A DNA stretch of 64,000 bases from an uncultured virus (IMG/VR IMGVR_UViG_3300023371_000084) (lineage: Duplodnaviria > Heunggongvirae > Uroviricota > Caudoviricetes). Location of the stretch: the IMG/VR virus record IMGVR_UViG_3300023371_000084; one strand, 5' to 3'. Position numbers and translations under genes: made by a program. The notes beneath the pieces are model-generated. The model did no database searches, had not been told where the DNA came from, and worked only from the letters and a program-made list of their open reading frames with translations. Shown here in pieces: positions 50,973 through 59,445 of this stretch. Numbering within the stretch: position 1 is the first letter of the stretch; each line of letters starts with the position of its first letter.

Positions 50973-51386
50973 TTACACAATATGCCAATCGTCGGCAAGA
51001 ATATCCGCCAAGGCCGGGAACCACACATTCACAGCGCTATGGTTAGATTTTGCTGCAAGATAAGCATTATAAGCGACCTTTCCATCATCTCCGGCAATCG
51101 ATTTTCCAGCATCGGTATACGCATCATACCGCGAGGCAGGCACATAATACACAAACATGCCAGCATGCCAAGCCGAACGAGTTACACGCTTACCATCCTT
51201 CAGCGCCTTTACTGCGCCGCCAATATCCATAGACATCTTATCCTCCTTACTAACCTTACTCAGCCAAGCATTACACCATGGGCAACTGATTGGCTGCGTT
51301 GATGTGTCCACTCCGCCACCACAGCAGGAGCACTGAGATATTCGCCCATTGTTCGGCATGGGCAGCAATTTAGCTCTTACAATCAT
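50973..51386 (-). CDS. DUF2829 / Tad2-like protein (possible N-terminal Zn finger; internal start at 51236)
   Basis: G.A..ALK.GKRV.R.AW, W.P...DILA.DW. Confidence 0.8.
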   Translation of the reverse strand: MIVRAKLLPMPNNGRISQCSCCGGGVDTSTQPISCPWCNAWLSKVSKEDKMSMDIGGAVKALKDGKRVTRSAWHAGMFVYYVPASRYDAYTDAGKSIAGDDGKVAYNAYLAAKSNHSAVNVWFPALADILADDWHIV

Positions 51387-51550
51387 TGCTTATTTCTTCC
51401 TTCTGTGTGTTCTTGCTGCTATTGATATTGCAGCTAATCAGCGCACCGCCAAGCGGCGATACGATTACGGACACCAGCACCAGCGCACCCGCCCAATGCC
51501 AGAAATCCTGAAAAATGAATTCAAGAACTGCAAGCATATAATCCTCCTTC

Positions 51551-51916
51551 TTACGTACCCCACTCTTTAATCTGAATGCCATTCTCTCTAAACCAGTTAG
51601 CGACCAAATGACGATGACAGAAATCCTCCGGCTTCTCGTAGCAGACAAGCGCGATATTCTCAGCGCCGCCAGACAAAGCTTTCAGTTCTTCAAGAACGCG
51701 GTTTGCATCAAGCATCAGCAGCACCTGCTCGTTATAGCATTGCACGTAGTAATGGTTGTCTCTGGTTTCCTTCCATTTCTGGAAGAACGCATACATAGGC
51801 GCGAGCGTCTTATACTGCAAACCCTTGTATCCACCCGGCGCTTTCCCGCAAATACTGATGGGGATAATATCCGGCGGGAGCTTTTTCACATTTGCAAAAT
51901 AGGTTGTGTAGAGCAT
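51551..51916 (-). CDS. DUF488-like protein
   Basis: YTTYFA, LAP, LVCYEKP.DFCHRHLVA.W. Confidence 0.75.
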   Translation of the reverse strand: MLYTTYFANVKKLPPDIIPISICGKAPGGYKGLQYKTLAPMYAFFQKWKETRDNHYYVQCYNEQVLLMLDANRVLEELKALSGGAENIALVCYEKPEDFCHRHLVANWFRENGIQIKEWGT

Positions 51917-52341
51917 GGCTGCATATCCTTTCTGAGCATAATCTTTCTAAGCGCTTTGTTCATTTCCCAATAATCAGCAATACCAATATGGCATGCATGA
52001 GAATATTCATACGGGCATACATCCCATGTCTGAACGCCCTCATTCCAAGCGCAGAATTCACATCGACCACGGCTCTTAGACATCATGCTTACCAAAGCAT
52101 CTCTCTGATCGCATGCATACTTGAGCGCCTGTGTCAGAAGATCGATGGCCTGCGTCTGATGACAGGCAAACACAAAGATATTGCCCATATCGCTTGCTTC
52201 CATCATATCTGTAATCCGCTTACACAGTGCATTAAAGGATTCCGTATTGCACAGGATTTGCATTCCTGTTGGAAGATCCTTTACAGACATGCCAACCCGG
52301 TCAAGTTGCTCTTGTACATCATTCCGATTGGACGTTTCCAC
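51886..52341 (-). CDS. hypothetical protein
   Basis: ORF in operon. Confidence 0.5.
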   Translation of the reverse strand: METSNRNDVQEQLDRVGMSVKDLPTGMQILCNTESFNALCKRITDMMEASDMGNIFVFACHQTQAIDLLTQALKYACDQRDALVSMMSKSRGRCEFCAWNEGVQTWDVCPYEYSHACHIGIADYWEMNKALRKIMLRKDMQPCSTQPILQM

Positions 52342-53098
52342 TGATCAACACCTCCTCTTCGGGATTCAAAAGCCAGTCCGGTGTTACGATTACATCTGAC
52401 GGCTTGCCATTCGTCGGAGCCAAATCGCACCAACCATCGGGTTCTTCCGTGCGCTCAAACTCCACAGCCCACACCCACGGATTTGCATACCAGCCAAACC
52501 TGTCGATTTCGACGGGTTTAATCGTCGTATCCCAAAGCTCGGAGAAGCGCTCAAGCGGAGAATCTTCTCCTGCTTTACGATCTTCAAACCCTTCCGCGAT
52601 TGCATCTTCTTCGGTCATATCATTTAAATGATACAATTTGACGCTTTTCACGCGAAGGAAAAGGCGAGCCGCCCACTTGGGCATATGAATGGATGGAGTC
52701 CAGACAACATCATCCATGCCGAAATCATGCCGGATTGCCGCTTCTTTAAAGATGATATCATTCTCGCCAAGGCACTGAGAAATGTAATACTGACCGGGAT
52801 AACCATCCGGCTCATCAGTCATTTCGATACGGCCACGGGCAAACGTTTCGCGCACATAGAGAATATCGCCCACGGCAAACGGAGGCGGCGCTTCGACACA
52901 ATAAGTATTACCGTCTCCCCTATCCGGCAGAATACCACGATACACATTGATACCATGTTTGCCCGGTGTGCCATCCGGCGGGATGACCTTGACGATCTCA
53001 TCATCACACAGCTCTTTTGCGATTCTTCGCGTCACCGTTTTCTTACCATCTACAATGGCGGCGACCATCTGCGTATTGAACAAAATGGGTTTAATCAT
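52319..53098 (-). CDS. ASCH/PUA-like phage protein
   Basis: PILFN..MV.AI..G.KTVTRR, GD.LYVRETF, W.PSIHMP.WA.R, NPWVW..EF. Confidence 0.8.
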   Translation of the reverse strand: MIKPILFNTQMVAAIVDGKKTVTRRIAKELCDDEIVKVIPPDGTPGKHGINVYRGILPDRGDGNTYCVEAPPPFAVGDILYVRETFARGRIEMTDEPDGYPGQYYISQCLGENDIIFKEAAIRHDFGMDDVVWTPSIHMPKWAARLFLRVKSVKLYHLNDMTEEDAIAEGFEDRKAGEDSPLERFSELWDTTIKPVEIDRFGWYANPWVWAVEFERTEEPDGWCDLAPTNGKPSDVIVTPDWLLNPEEEVLISGNVQSE

Positions 53099-53564
53099 GA
53101 TCGTATCTCCTACATAGCGCTTGTACTTCCCTGATTGTAAGACGGGTAATAGTTTACCCTTGTATTTGACGTATACACGATTTCAGGTACATATCCGCAA
53201 TGGCTGCACTTCCACACGGGAATGTTATAGCTCAGATGCATAGTCAGAAGCGTCCCGCACCTTGGACAATTGTACATACTCATCCGTCATCCTCTCAATA
53301 TCCGTTGTGCCATAGCCATCACTACGCATCTTAAACCCTTCTTCATCCAAGTAAACAGAATTAACAAAGATGCATCCCACATTATCCGGGATCTCCACAA
53401 CAATTTTTCTCATCATTCATCGCTCCTTTTCAGCGGAATGCCGCAATTCGGGCAGAAATTCAGCGTTCCCCTTCTCCTGACGCTGCCTCTATCCACAACC
53501 GCTTTGCACCTTGGGCATACATTGCAAAACGGTACTTTATCTTCAATCCAATAGATTTCTTCCA

Positions 53565-53945
53565 TTACTCTGAACCCTTTCCATAAAGCTTGACGGCAAC
53601 CATCAGGCCGCGCCGCTTTGCCTCAGCAATCATGTGCTTTGTGCCAGTAGACTTTTCATCCCAGAAAGCAATGAGTGCATCTGCATTCTCGGCCATCTTG
53701 ACATTGCGGCGGATACCAGCGGATTTACCATAGATATCCCAATAAGCGGGATATAATCTTGCCTCATAACCGCTTTCCTGCGCATATCGCTCGCCCAGCA
53801 TATCAGCGCCCCTCGCATGACCACTGACAATGACAATCTTATGGTCGATACACATTCTTGAAAGCTTCTTATCGCAATACGCTTTCAGCAATTCATAGTC
53901 GTTGAACGTCCGTGTTCCTGCAATGATCACTCTGAACGTACCCAT
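53565..53945 (-). CDS. SLOG-superfamily protein (DUF2493/YspA-like)
   Basis: IIAG.R.F.DY, SG.ARGAD, W..YGK.AG..RN..M, AFWD..S.GT..MI. Confidence 0.85.
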   Translation of the reverse strand: MGTFRVIIAGTRTFNDYELLKAYCDKKLSRMCIDHKIVIVSGHARGADMLGERYAQESGYEARLYPAYWDIYGKSAGIRRNVKMAENADALIAFWDEKSTGTKHMIAEAKRRGLMVAVKLYGKGSE

Positions 53946-53963
53946 AAGCTGCCTCCCTCATCG

Positions 53964-54464
53964 TCAATTCTTCTCTGGTTTATTTGCCCAGCAGATCCAT
54001 TTTCTTCCATATTCGCTACGCCGCACGAACCGATTGAGCACGCCAATTCCATACCGCCAATATGCGACGAATTCAGTTTCTGGCTGATCCTCAAGGAGAA
54101 CAGGATATTCCTCATCCATAAAAGGCTTGTCCAAATTTTGCAGATAGACATGATCGGATGCAAGCGCCTGTTCAAGCGTCAGAGGTTTTTGCGGCGGGCG
54201 CACCATCAGTGCATCAATCGCGTCATCCTGCGTATCATATAGCCAAATCCCCTGTGTAGAGTTGTCACCTTCATGCGATGCGATAGGGCATTTCACATCA
54301 TCCGGCACATCCTGCTCTTCGTGCTGAATTGCGAATGACAGTCCAGACCAAGGATTTTTCAGGTATTTATCTGGGTCTTCTTTGATATTCCCTATATAAT
54401 CGCAGACAACAATTCTGAACTTGCCGCCGCAAAATGGGCAACATGGAACACGTTTTTCATCCAT
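53964..54464 (-). CDS. Zn-ribbon (Lar-like N-terminus) protein with shared C-terminal domain
   Basis: CPFCGG; KPLTLEQ...EYGRKWICWANKP. Confidence 0.6.
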   Translation of the reverse strand: MDEKRVPCCPFCGGKFRIVVCDYIGNIKEDPDKYLKNPWSGLSFAIQHEEQDVPDDVKCPIASHEGDNSTQGIWLYDTQDDAIDALMVRPPQKPLTLEQALASDHVYLQNLDKPFMDEEYPVLLEDQPETEFVAYWRYGIGVLNRFVRRSEYGRKWICWANKPEKN

Positions 54465-54475
54465 AGAAATTACTC

Positions 54476-55237
54476 CTATACGATACGCATAATCCGGCGA
54501 TACAAAACATTATATGTACAGAAAATGCGCAAATCCTTATGATAATGTCCGCAATACCACTGATCAAACTGCAATTTACGCGAAATGGAAAGAAAATATG
54601 ACGTTAGACGATCCGACTTATACTGCCCACCTGAAATAAGTGATGCAATATCCTGCGGAAGACAATGCGTAATGACAAAATCAACGCGGTTATCATGTTG
54701 CTTTAAGGAAATTAGACTACGATTTATTTCCTTAGCACTTGGAAGCTCCTGCTCCCACCAATCCATATGATTGACTCTGAATTTCTTGTTCAGATCGTTC
54801 ATCTTTGCGCACGTCTTGATAAAGGCTCGTCTACTTGGGAAATCCTTTTCATCCAGAATACCATCGTCAATATCATGGCTGCTGGCTCCGCCAAAGGCAA
54901 AAAATGTCTTGCCCTGCAAGGTAAACACATAACCACGCATCAGGTGATATACGCTATCCGCGATCTTATGCGCTTTACCGCCATGAAAATCAACAATCGG
55001 GAACTCATCGCTATATAGCCTATCGAAATTCTCATGGTTGCCATCGACAAACAGTGTGGTAAACGGCTTGTTACTAAGCCACTTCAGCCAATAAGATTCG
55101 CTCTTGCATGGATGCCACAAACCAAAGTCGCCAAGGACGATCACAAAATCATCCTTGGTCATTTCTTTTTGGTCTGGGAAGAATCTGGTATTGAACCTTG
55201 TAAAATCGCCGTGGCAATCGCCCGTTACATAGATCAT
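54476..55237 (-). CDS. calcineurin-like metallophosphoesterase
   Basis: GDCHG, GDFG, GNHEN, THC, GHYH. Confidence 0.92.
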   Translation of the reverse strand: MIYVTGDCHGDFTRFNTRFFPDQKEMTKDDFVIVLGDFGLWHPCKSESYWLKWLSNKPFTTLFVDGNHENFDRLYSDEFPIVDFHGGKAHKIADSVYHLMRGYVFTLQGKTFFAFGGASSHDIDDGILDEKDFPSRRAFIKTCAKMNDLNKKFRVNHMDWWEQELPSAKEINRSLISLKQHDNRVDFVITHCLPQDIASLISGGQYKSDRLTSYFLSISRKLQFDQWYCGHYHKDLRIFCTYNVLYRRIMRIV

Positions 55238-55941
55238 AGCGGCTTGTTCTGCATTTCGTTCATTGCGCGAATATATGCTTCCTTACGAAGTTCAATCTCG
55301 TATTCGCGCTTCTTGGCCTTACGGCGCTGTTTCTTTGCGGCAAGCTTCTTATGCTTTGCCTCAAGGCGCTTGGCTTCTTCCTTCGCCGCTTCCTCTTCAC
55401 GCACGCCATTTTCATAGACGCGATTGGCGTGCTTCACAAGCTTATTATAGATAGAGGTTTCGCAGCCTTCCGAAGCTCTGTTCAGCATATACTTCAGCAA
55501 GCAAATGGTGATGCCCTGATCCATGGAGAATACATCCATATCATCCACGGAGGCAGTAACACTTACGCCATTGTTAAAGGCCATAGTCATCGACTTCTGA
55601 TTGCCGTGCTTGTCGTTATACACCTTGATCGATTTGATGTCAGACATGATGCAAATATGCCTTGTAATATGAGTGCTAAGGTGCTTGAGCACGCTAATCT
55701 TGCCATCCTCATAGACGATCTTGCACTTGGTATCCGACTGCATGCCATTTTCGTAATGCTTCGTTGCCGCGCTTTCCACTTCACGATTATGACGTTCAAG
55801 AAGATTTGAATAGGAGCTTTCTGATGCGCAACTCATCGCGGAATCAGACCTTGAAATAGCAACCGCATTGGAGACAGATTCCGCATTTGTACAAGAGATA
55901 GCGGATTCATTAAACGGGAGCCTTTTCTTATCCATATACAT
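55234..55941 (-). CDS. hypothetical protein
   Basis: ORF, basic coiled-coil C-terminus. Confidence 0.6.
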   Translation of the reverse strand: MYMDKKRLPFNESAISCTNAESVSNAVAISRSDSAMSCASESSYSNLLERHNREVESAATKHYENGMQSDTKCKIVYEDGKISVLKHLSTHITRHICIMSDIKSIKVYNDKHGNQKSMTMAFNNGVSVTASVDDMDVFSMDQGITICLLKYMLNRASEGCETSIYNKLVKHANRVYENGVREEEAAKEEAKRLEAKHKKLAAKKQRRKAKKREYEIELRKEAYIRAMNEMQNKPL

Positions 55942-55983
55942 AGTTTATTTCCTCTTTTCTTATCTTTTTTGTGCCACGCACAA

Positions 55984-56057
55984 TGGTGCAAACAACGGGA
56001 ATCGAACCCGCATCCTCTGAATGGGAATCAGATATGTTTCCACTACACCATGTCTGC
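55984..56057 (-). tRNA. tRNA-Gly(CCC)
   Basis: cloverleaf, TCTGA-TTCCCAT-TCAGA, encoded CCA. Confidence 0.9.
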
Positions 56058-56177
56058 AAACAAAAGAGAAGCTGCGCAATCATCGGAATCGACAGACACT
56101 ATGCGAGGCTGGTCTGTCTGAGCCGCCAAGTCTTTCATGCGCTTATCCATCCAATGTTTTCGTAGCTTCTCTATATA

Positions 56178-56263
56178 TGGTGCCGGACGTGGGACTTGAA
56201 CCCACACGTCATAAGACAACGGATTTTGAATCCGCCGCGTCTGCCAGTTCCGACCAGTCCGGC
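56178..56263 (-). tRNA. tRNA-Leu(CAA)
   Basis: cloverleaf with long variable arm, CCA. Confidence 0.92.
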
Positions 56264-56270
56264 AAGAAAA

Positions 56271-56360
56271 TGGCGGGGAGTAAGGGATTTGAACCCTTGC
56301 GCGGGGTTGCCGCCTAGCGGTTTTCAAGACCGCCCCCTTCAGCCGCTTGGGTAACTCCCC
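56271..56360 (-). tRNA. tRNA-Ser(TGA)
   Basis: cloverleaf, long variable arm, GCCA end. Confidence 0.92.
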
Positions 56361-56404
56361 GTGAAATGCCCGCAGGGGAAGCGGGCAAGTGTCTATGTGG
56401 AAGA

Positions 56405-57337
56405 TTACTCTCCCACGTCGCCGATATCGATAATCGGCATGCCGCCAGACACCTTCGGCATTGCGCCATCCCATCGCTCGTACTTAATCTTCTCGATCAG
56501 CTCCGGCGTGAGAGATGCGGCAATCAGCTTGTTCGCATCCGCTTCGGCTCCTGCCTGAATCATCAGCGCATCTGCCTCGGCCTGCGCAGCGATGATCTGA
56601 CGCTCTGCATTCACAGAGGCCACATCTTTTTCCTTTTCCGCCGCAATTAGAGCAACCTGCTTATCCTTCTCTGCCTGAATCCTTGCAGTCTCAGACTGAA
56701 TACGCGCAAGTTCCTGTTCCTGCTGTGCGTTGACCTTCTGCTGAATAGCCTTTGCAGTCTCTTCATCCACGCGGATATCTGTGAAGTTCACCGTATCGAT
56801 AATGATGCCGTACTGGTCAAACTTCTCCTTCAGGTGAATATCCAGCTCATTGTTAATCACCGTTCGCTGATCGCCGAAGATATCGGCAACCGGATGATTG
56901 GCAGAAACTTCCTGTGTCCATGCCTTGATCTTCGGCTTAATAAACGTGGTCTTGATCGACTCGCCAGACTGTCCCTTGAAGAGCTTAAATGTGTCGGCAA
57001 TCCGCTCGCTATCAAAATAGTACGAGAACTCAAGGCTGACATTCACCGTCTTACCATCGCTGGTCGGAATGTTAAACGACTCATCGCCAGAGGAATCCTG
57101 TGTAGACTCCGCCGTGAGACCAGACTGCTCAAGGCCGATGGTGTACGTCGTTACCTTCTTCGTCGGAGCGACCAGCTTCCAGCCCTGCGTGAGAACTTCA
57201 TCGCCAACGCCGCCGTTCATGTCATAGACAATACCGACGTATCCAGCAGGAATGCGTACTGCACAGCCGATAAGCACGCCAGCAATGATCACAAGAATCA
57301 CAGCAAGCAGGATGCCGCCAATTTTTCCACTATTCAT
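56405..57337 (-). CDS. SPFH/Band-7/prohibitin family membrane protein
   Basis: N-terminal TM, I.AGYVGI, T.DG..V, coiled coil, E.WDG..P. Confidence 0.9.
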   Translation of the reverse strand: MNSGKIGGILLAVILVIIAGVLIGCAVRIPAGYVGIVYDMNGGVGDEVLTQGWKLVAPTKKVTTYTIGLEQSGLTAESTQDSSGDESFNIPTSDGKTVNVSLEFSYYFDSERIADTFKLFKGQSGESIKTTFIKPKIKAWTQEVSANHPVADIFGDQRTVINNELDIHLKEKFDQYGIIIDTVNFTDIRVDEETAKAIQQKVNAQQEQELARIQSETARIQAEKDKQVALIAAEKEKDVASVNAERQIIAAQAEADALMIQAGAEADANKLIAASLTPELIEKIKYERWDGAMPKVSGGMPIIDIGDVGE

Positions 57338-57519
57338 TCTTCTTTACCTCCGTCATTTTCGTTTGTGATTGATATATCCTTTGGATCTTCCGACGTCATA
57401 GCATCGTAGGAATCCTTGAATATCCGCTTAAAGAATCTGCCGATTGCCTTATACGCAAATGCGAGAAGGAACCATAGGACAATCAGCCCAAGAAATGCCA
57501 GAAACCAGAACACAGGCAT
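57334..57519 (-). CDS. small membrane protein
   Basis: hydrophobic N-terminus, AGGAG RBS, coupled to SPFH gene. Confidence 0.65.
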   Translation of the reverse strand: MPVFWFLAFLGLIVLWFLLAFAYKAIGRFFKRIFKDSYDAMTSEDPKDISITNENDGGKEE

Positions 57520-57812
57520 ATGACTACTTACTCTCCTTTGTACTTTTCTTCGATCTGCTTGTGATAATCAGATGGAAAGAATCGATTGACCATGCACGCA
57601 AGGGCAACCACTCCGGTAACCATTGCGCATGCGATTGCAAAATCGTTCATTCGCACGTCACCGCTTCCAGAGCTTCAAGCTTCCTCAGCTTTCGCTTCAG
57701 CTTGCCAATGATTCGCGCATTGACAACGGGATCGCGCTGCTCAAGCAGATTGATTCGCGCCTTGACTGATTCGATGAATGCCATAATGTGTACCTCCGAT
57801 GTTATTTATTTC

Positions 57813-57888
57813 TGGAGCTGGCGAAGGGAGTCGAACCCACAACCTGCGGATTACAAATCCGCTGCTCTGCCAATTGAGCTACGCCAGC
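57813..57888 (-). tRNA. tRNA-Thr(TGT)
   Basis: cloverleaf, GCGGA-TTTGTAA-TCCGC, CCA. Confidence 0.93.
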
Positions 57889-58470
57889 AAATAAACAAAA
57901 CTGATTTACAAGTAAACAAGGATTGCAACTTGGCCTGCCGCATACACGCGAAGCTTCGACATGATGATCAGAGATCGACTTCGCCCACGCCTCGTTCTTT
58001 GCCCTCCTCTGCCACACGACAAGAGGCAATCCATGTTTACCCTCGGAACTTTTCACCACAACGCCCTGCATGCGTCGTATCCGATTCATCCATTAAGATC
58101 CTGTGGTGGATTCGATACGGTGTCATGATCTGGTTAGTCCTGTATCGCATCATATATTGAAGCTTTCGCCCTCGCAGACACACATGCAGCAGCATCCGCA
58201 ATTCTCTGCAAGCCTCAATCTGCTGTCCGTCGGCATAAATCGCCAATCAGACGCTGATCTTACTCGCAGCCAGATCGAGCAAATTCCAGATTTTTTCGTT
58301 GTCCGCCAACTATCTGAGGTCATACGTCCCAGCACTGGAATGGGTTTATCGGCTCCATCCCGCCACTCCGGTTCCCTGAGCCCGGCATCTCTTTCGGATT
58401 ATTGTGATGTCTGGACACCGCCGCTTGATCTTACTTATTCATGCGCCACTGAGCGGCAGACAGGGCGCGT
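57889..58470 (-). ncRNA. candidate large structured ncRNA (ROOL-like)
   Basis: ~580 nt between tRNA-Gly and tRNA-Thr, many hairpins, no convincing RBS-led ORF. Confidence 0.5.
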
Positions 58471-58544
58471 TGGTGCAGCAGGCGGGAATCGAACCCGTTT
58501 CCGAAGAGTGGAAGTCTCCTATTTTACCAGTAAACTACTGCTGC
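58471..58544 (-). tRNA. tRNA-Gly(TCC)
   Basis: cloverleaf, GGAGA-CTTCCAC-TCTTC, CCA. Confidence 0.88.
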
Positions 58545-58547
58545 AAA

Positions 58548-58624
58548 TGGTCTGAGTGAAGGGATTCGAACCCCCGACTTCATGCTCCCAAAGCACGCGC
58601 TCTACCAAACTGAGCTACACCCAG
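58548..58624 (-). tRNA. tRNA-Pro(TGG)
   Basis: cloverleaf, CCA. Confidence 0.93.
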
Positions 58625-58629
58625 ATAGA

Positions 58630-58706
58630 TGGTTGCGAGAGGCTGGATTCGAACCAGCGATCTTCAGCTCATGAGGCTGACGAGATGACCACTTCTCTAC
58701 TCCGCA
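58630..58706 (-). tRNA. tRNA-Met(CAT), initiator-like body
   Basis: cloverleaf, TCAGC-CTCATGA-GCTGA, ends CGCAACCA. Confidence 0.85.
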
Positions 58707-58713
58707 ATATAAA

Positions 58714-58798
58714 TGGTGCCGACGATGGGACTTGAACCCACAAGCTTGATAGCAGCGGATTTTAAGTCCGCTCCGTTTGCCAATTCCGTCACGTCGGC
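58714..58798 (-). tRNA. tRNA-Leu(TAA)
   Basis: cloverleaf, long variable arm, CCA. Confidence 0.92.
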
Positions 58799-58802
58799 GA
58801 GA

Positions 58803-58879
58803 TGGTTGATCTTTAGGGGCTTGAACCCTAGACTTAGTGATTATGAGTCACTTGCTCTGACCAACTGAGCTAAAGATCA
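58803..58879 (-). tRNA. tRNA(CAT), probably Ile2 (or elongator Met)
   Basis: cloverleaf; body resembles Bacillota tRNA-Ile2 (CTTTAGCTCAGTTGGT.AGAGCA). Confidence 0.85.
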
Positions 58880-58888
58880 TTGGGAAAA

Positions 58889-58976
58889 TGGCGGCGAGTA
58901 CAGGATTTGAACCTGTGGGCGGTTTCCCGCCAATGGTTTAGCAAACCATCACCATAAACCACTCGGACAACTCGCC
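58889..58976 (-). tRNA. tRNA-Ser(GCT)
   Basis: cloverleaf, long variable arm, GCCA. Confidence 0.9.
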
Positions 58977-58979
58977 GTT

Positions 58980-59062
58980 TGGTGCGGGTGAAGGGATTTG
59001 AACCCATACGCTTTTGGCAACAGATCCTAAATCTGCCGCGTCTGCCATTCCGCCACACCCGC
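58980..59062 (-). tRNA. tRNA-Leu(TAG)
   Basis: cloverleaf, GCAGA-TTTAGGA-TCTGT, CCA. Confidence 0.92.
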
Positions 59063-59105
59063 AAGATGTGTTTATACTTTTTCTGCTTTGGTTTTTTAGG
59101 GAAGT

Positions 59106-59201
59106 AGATTCGCAATCATCGGAAATCAAAGGCTCTGCTTAGAAATCTTCAAAATATACCTAGTTAGAAGGATGAACCTTTCAGCCGAATCATGCGAATC
59201 T
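59106..59201 (-). ncRNA. Y-RNA-like repeat, copy C
   Basis: stem-GGCTG-AAAGGTT-CATCCTTCT...GAGCCTTT-GATTTCC-stem. Confidence 0.6.
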
Positions 59202-59209
59202 TATATGTA

Positions 59210-59348
59210 AATGTTGGAAATCGCTGCCTCGTTTCTATCTGTTGCTCTACCGACTGAGCTAACCGCCAGCACACGCCAGCGGTGCAGGACTCGAACCTGC
59301 GACACGCAGCTCCCAAAGCGAAGAAGGATGAAGCATCCAGCCAACATT
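59210..59348 (-). ncRNA. Y-RNA-like (YrlA-like) RNA with permuted tRNA domain, copy B
   Basis: terminal stem AATGTTGG/CCAACATT; T-arm, loop-closed acceptor stem, then D-arm. Confidence 0.75.
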
Positions 59349-59393
59349 GCAGATTATCCTCCGGCTTTATTCCTTTGGCCTCACTGCTCTTAC

Positions 59394-59433
59394 ATTATAC
59401 ATCATCAGATTGTATCTGTCAATACTTTTTCTG
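59394..59433 (-). promoter_or_regulatory. consensus sigma-A promoter driving Y-like RNAs B/C and the tRNA array
   Basis: CAGAAAAAGTA-TTGACA-17 nt-TATAAT (TG immediately before the -10 box). Confidence 0.8.
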
Positions 59434-59445
59434 ATTTATTTTTAG

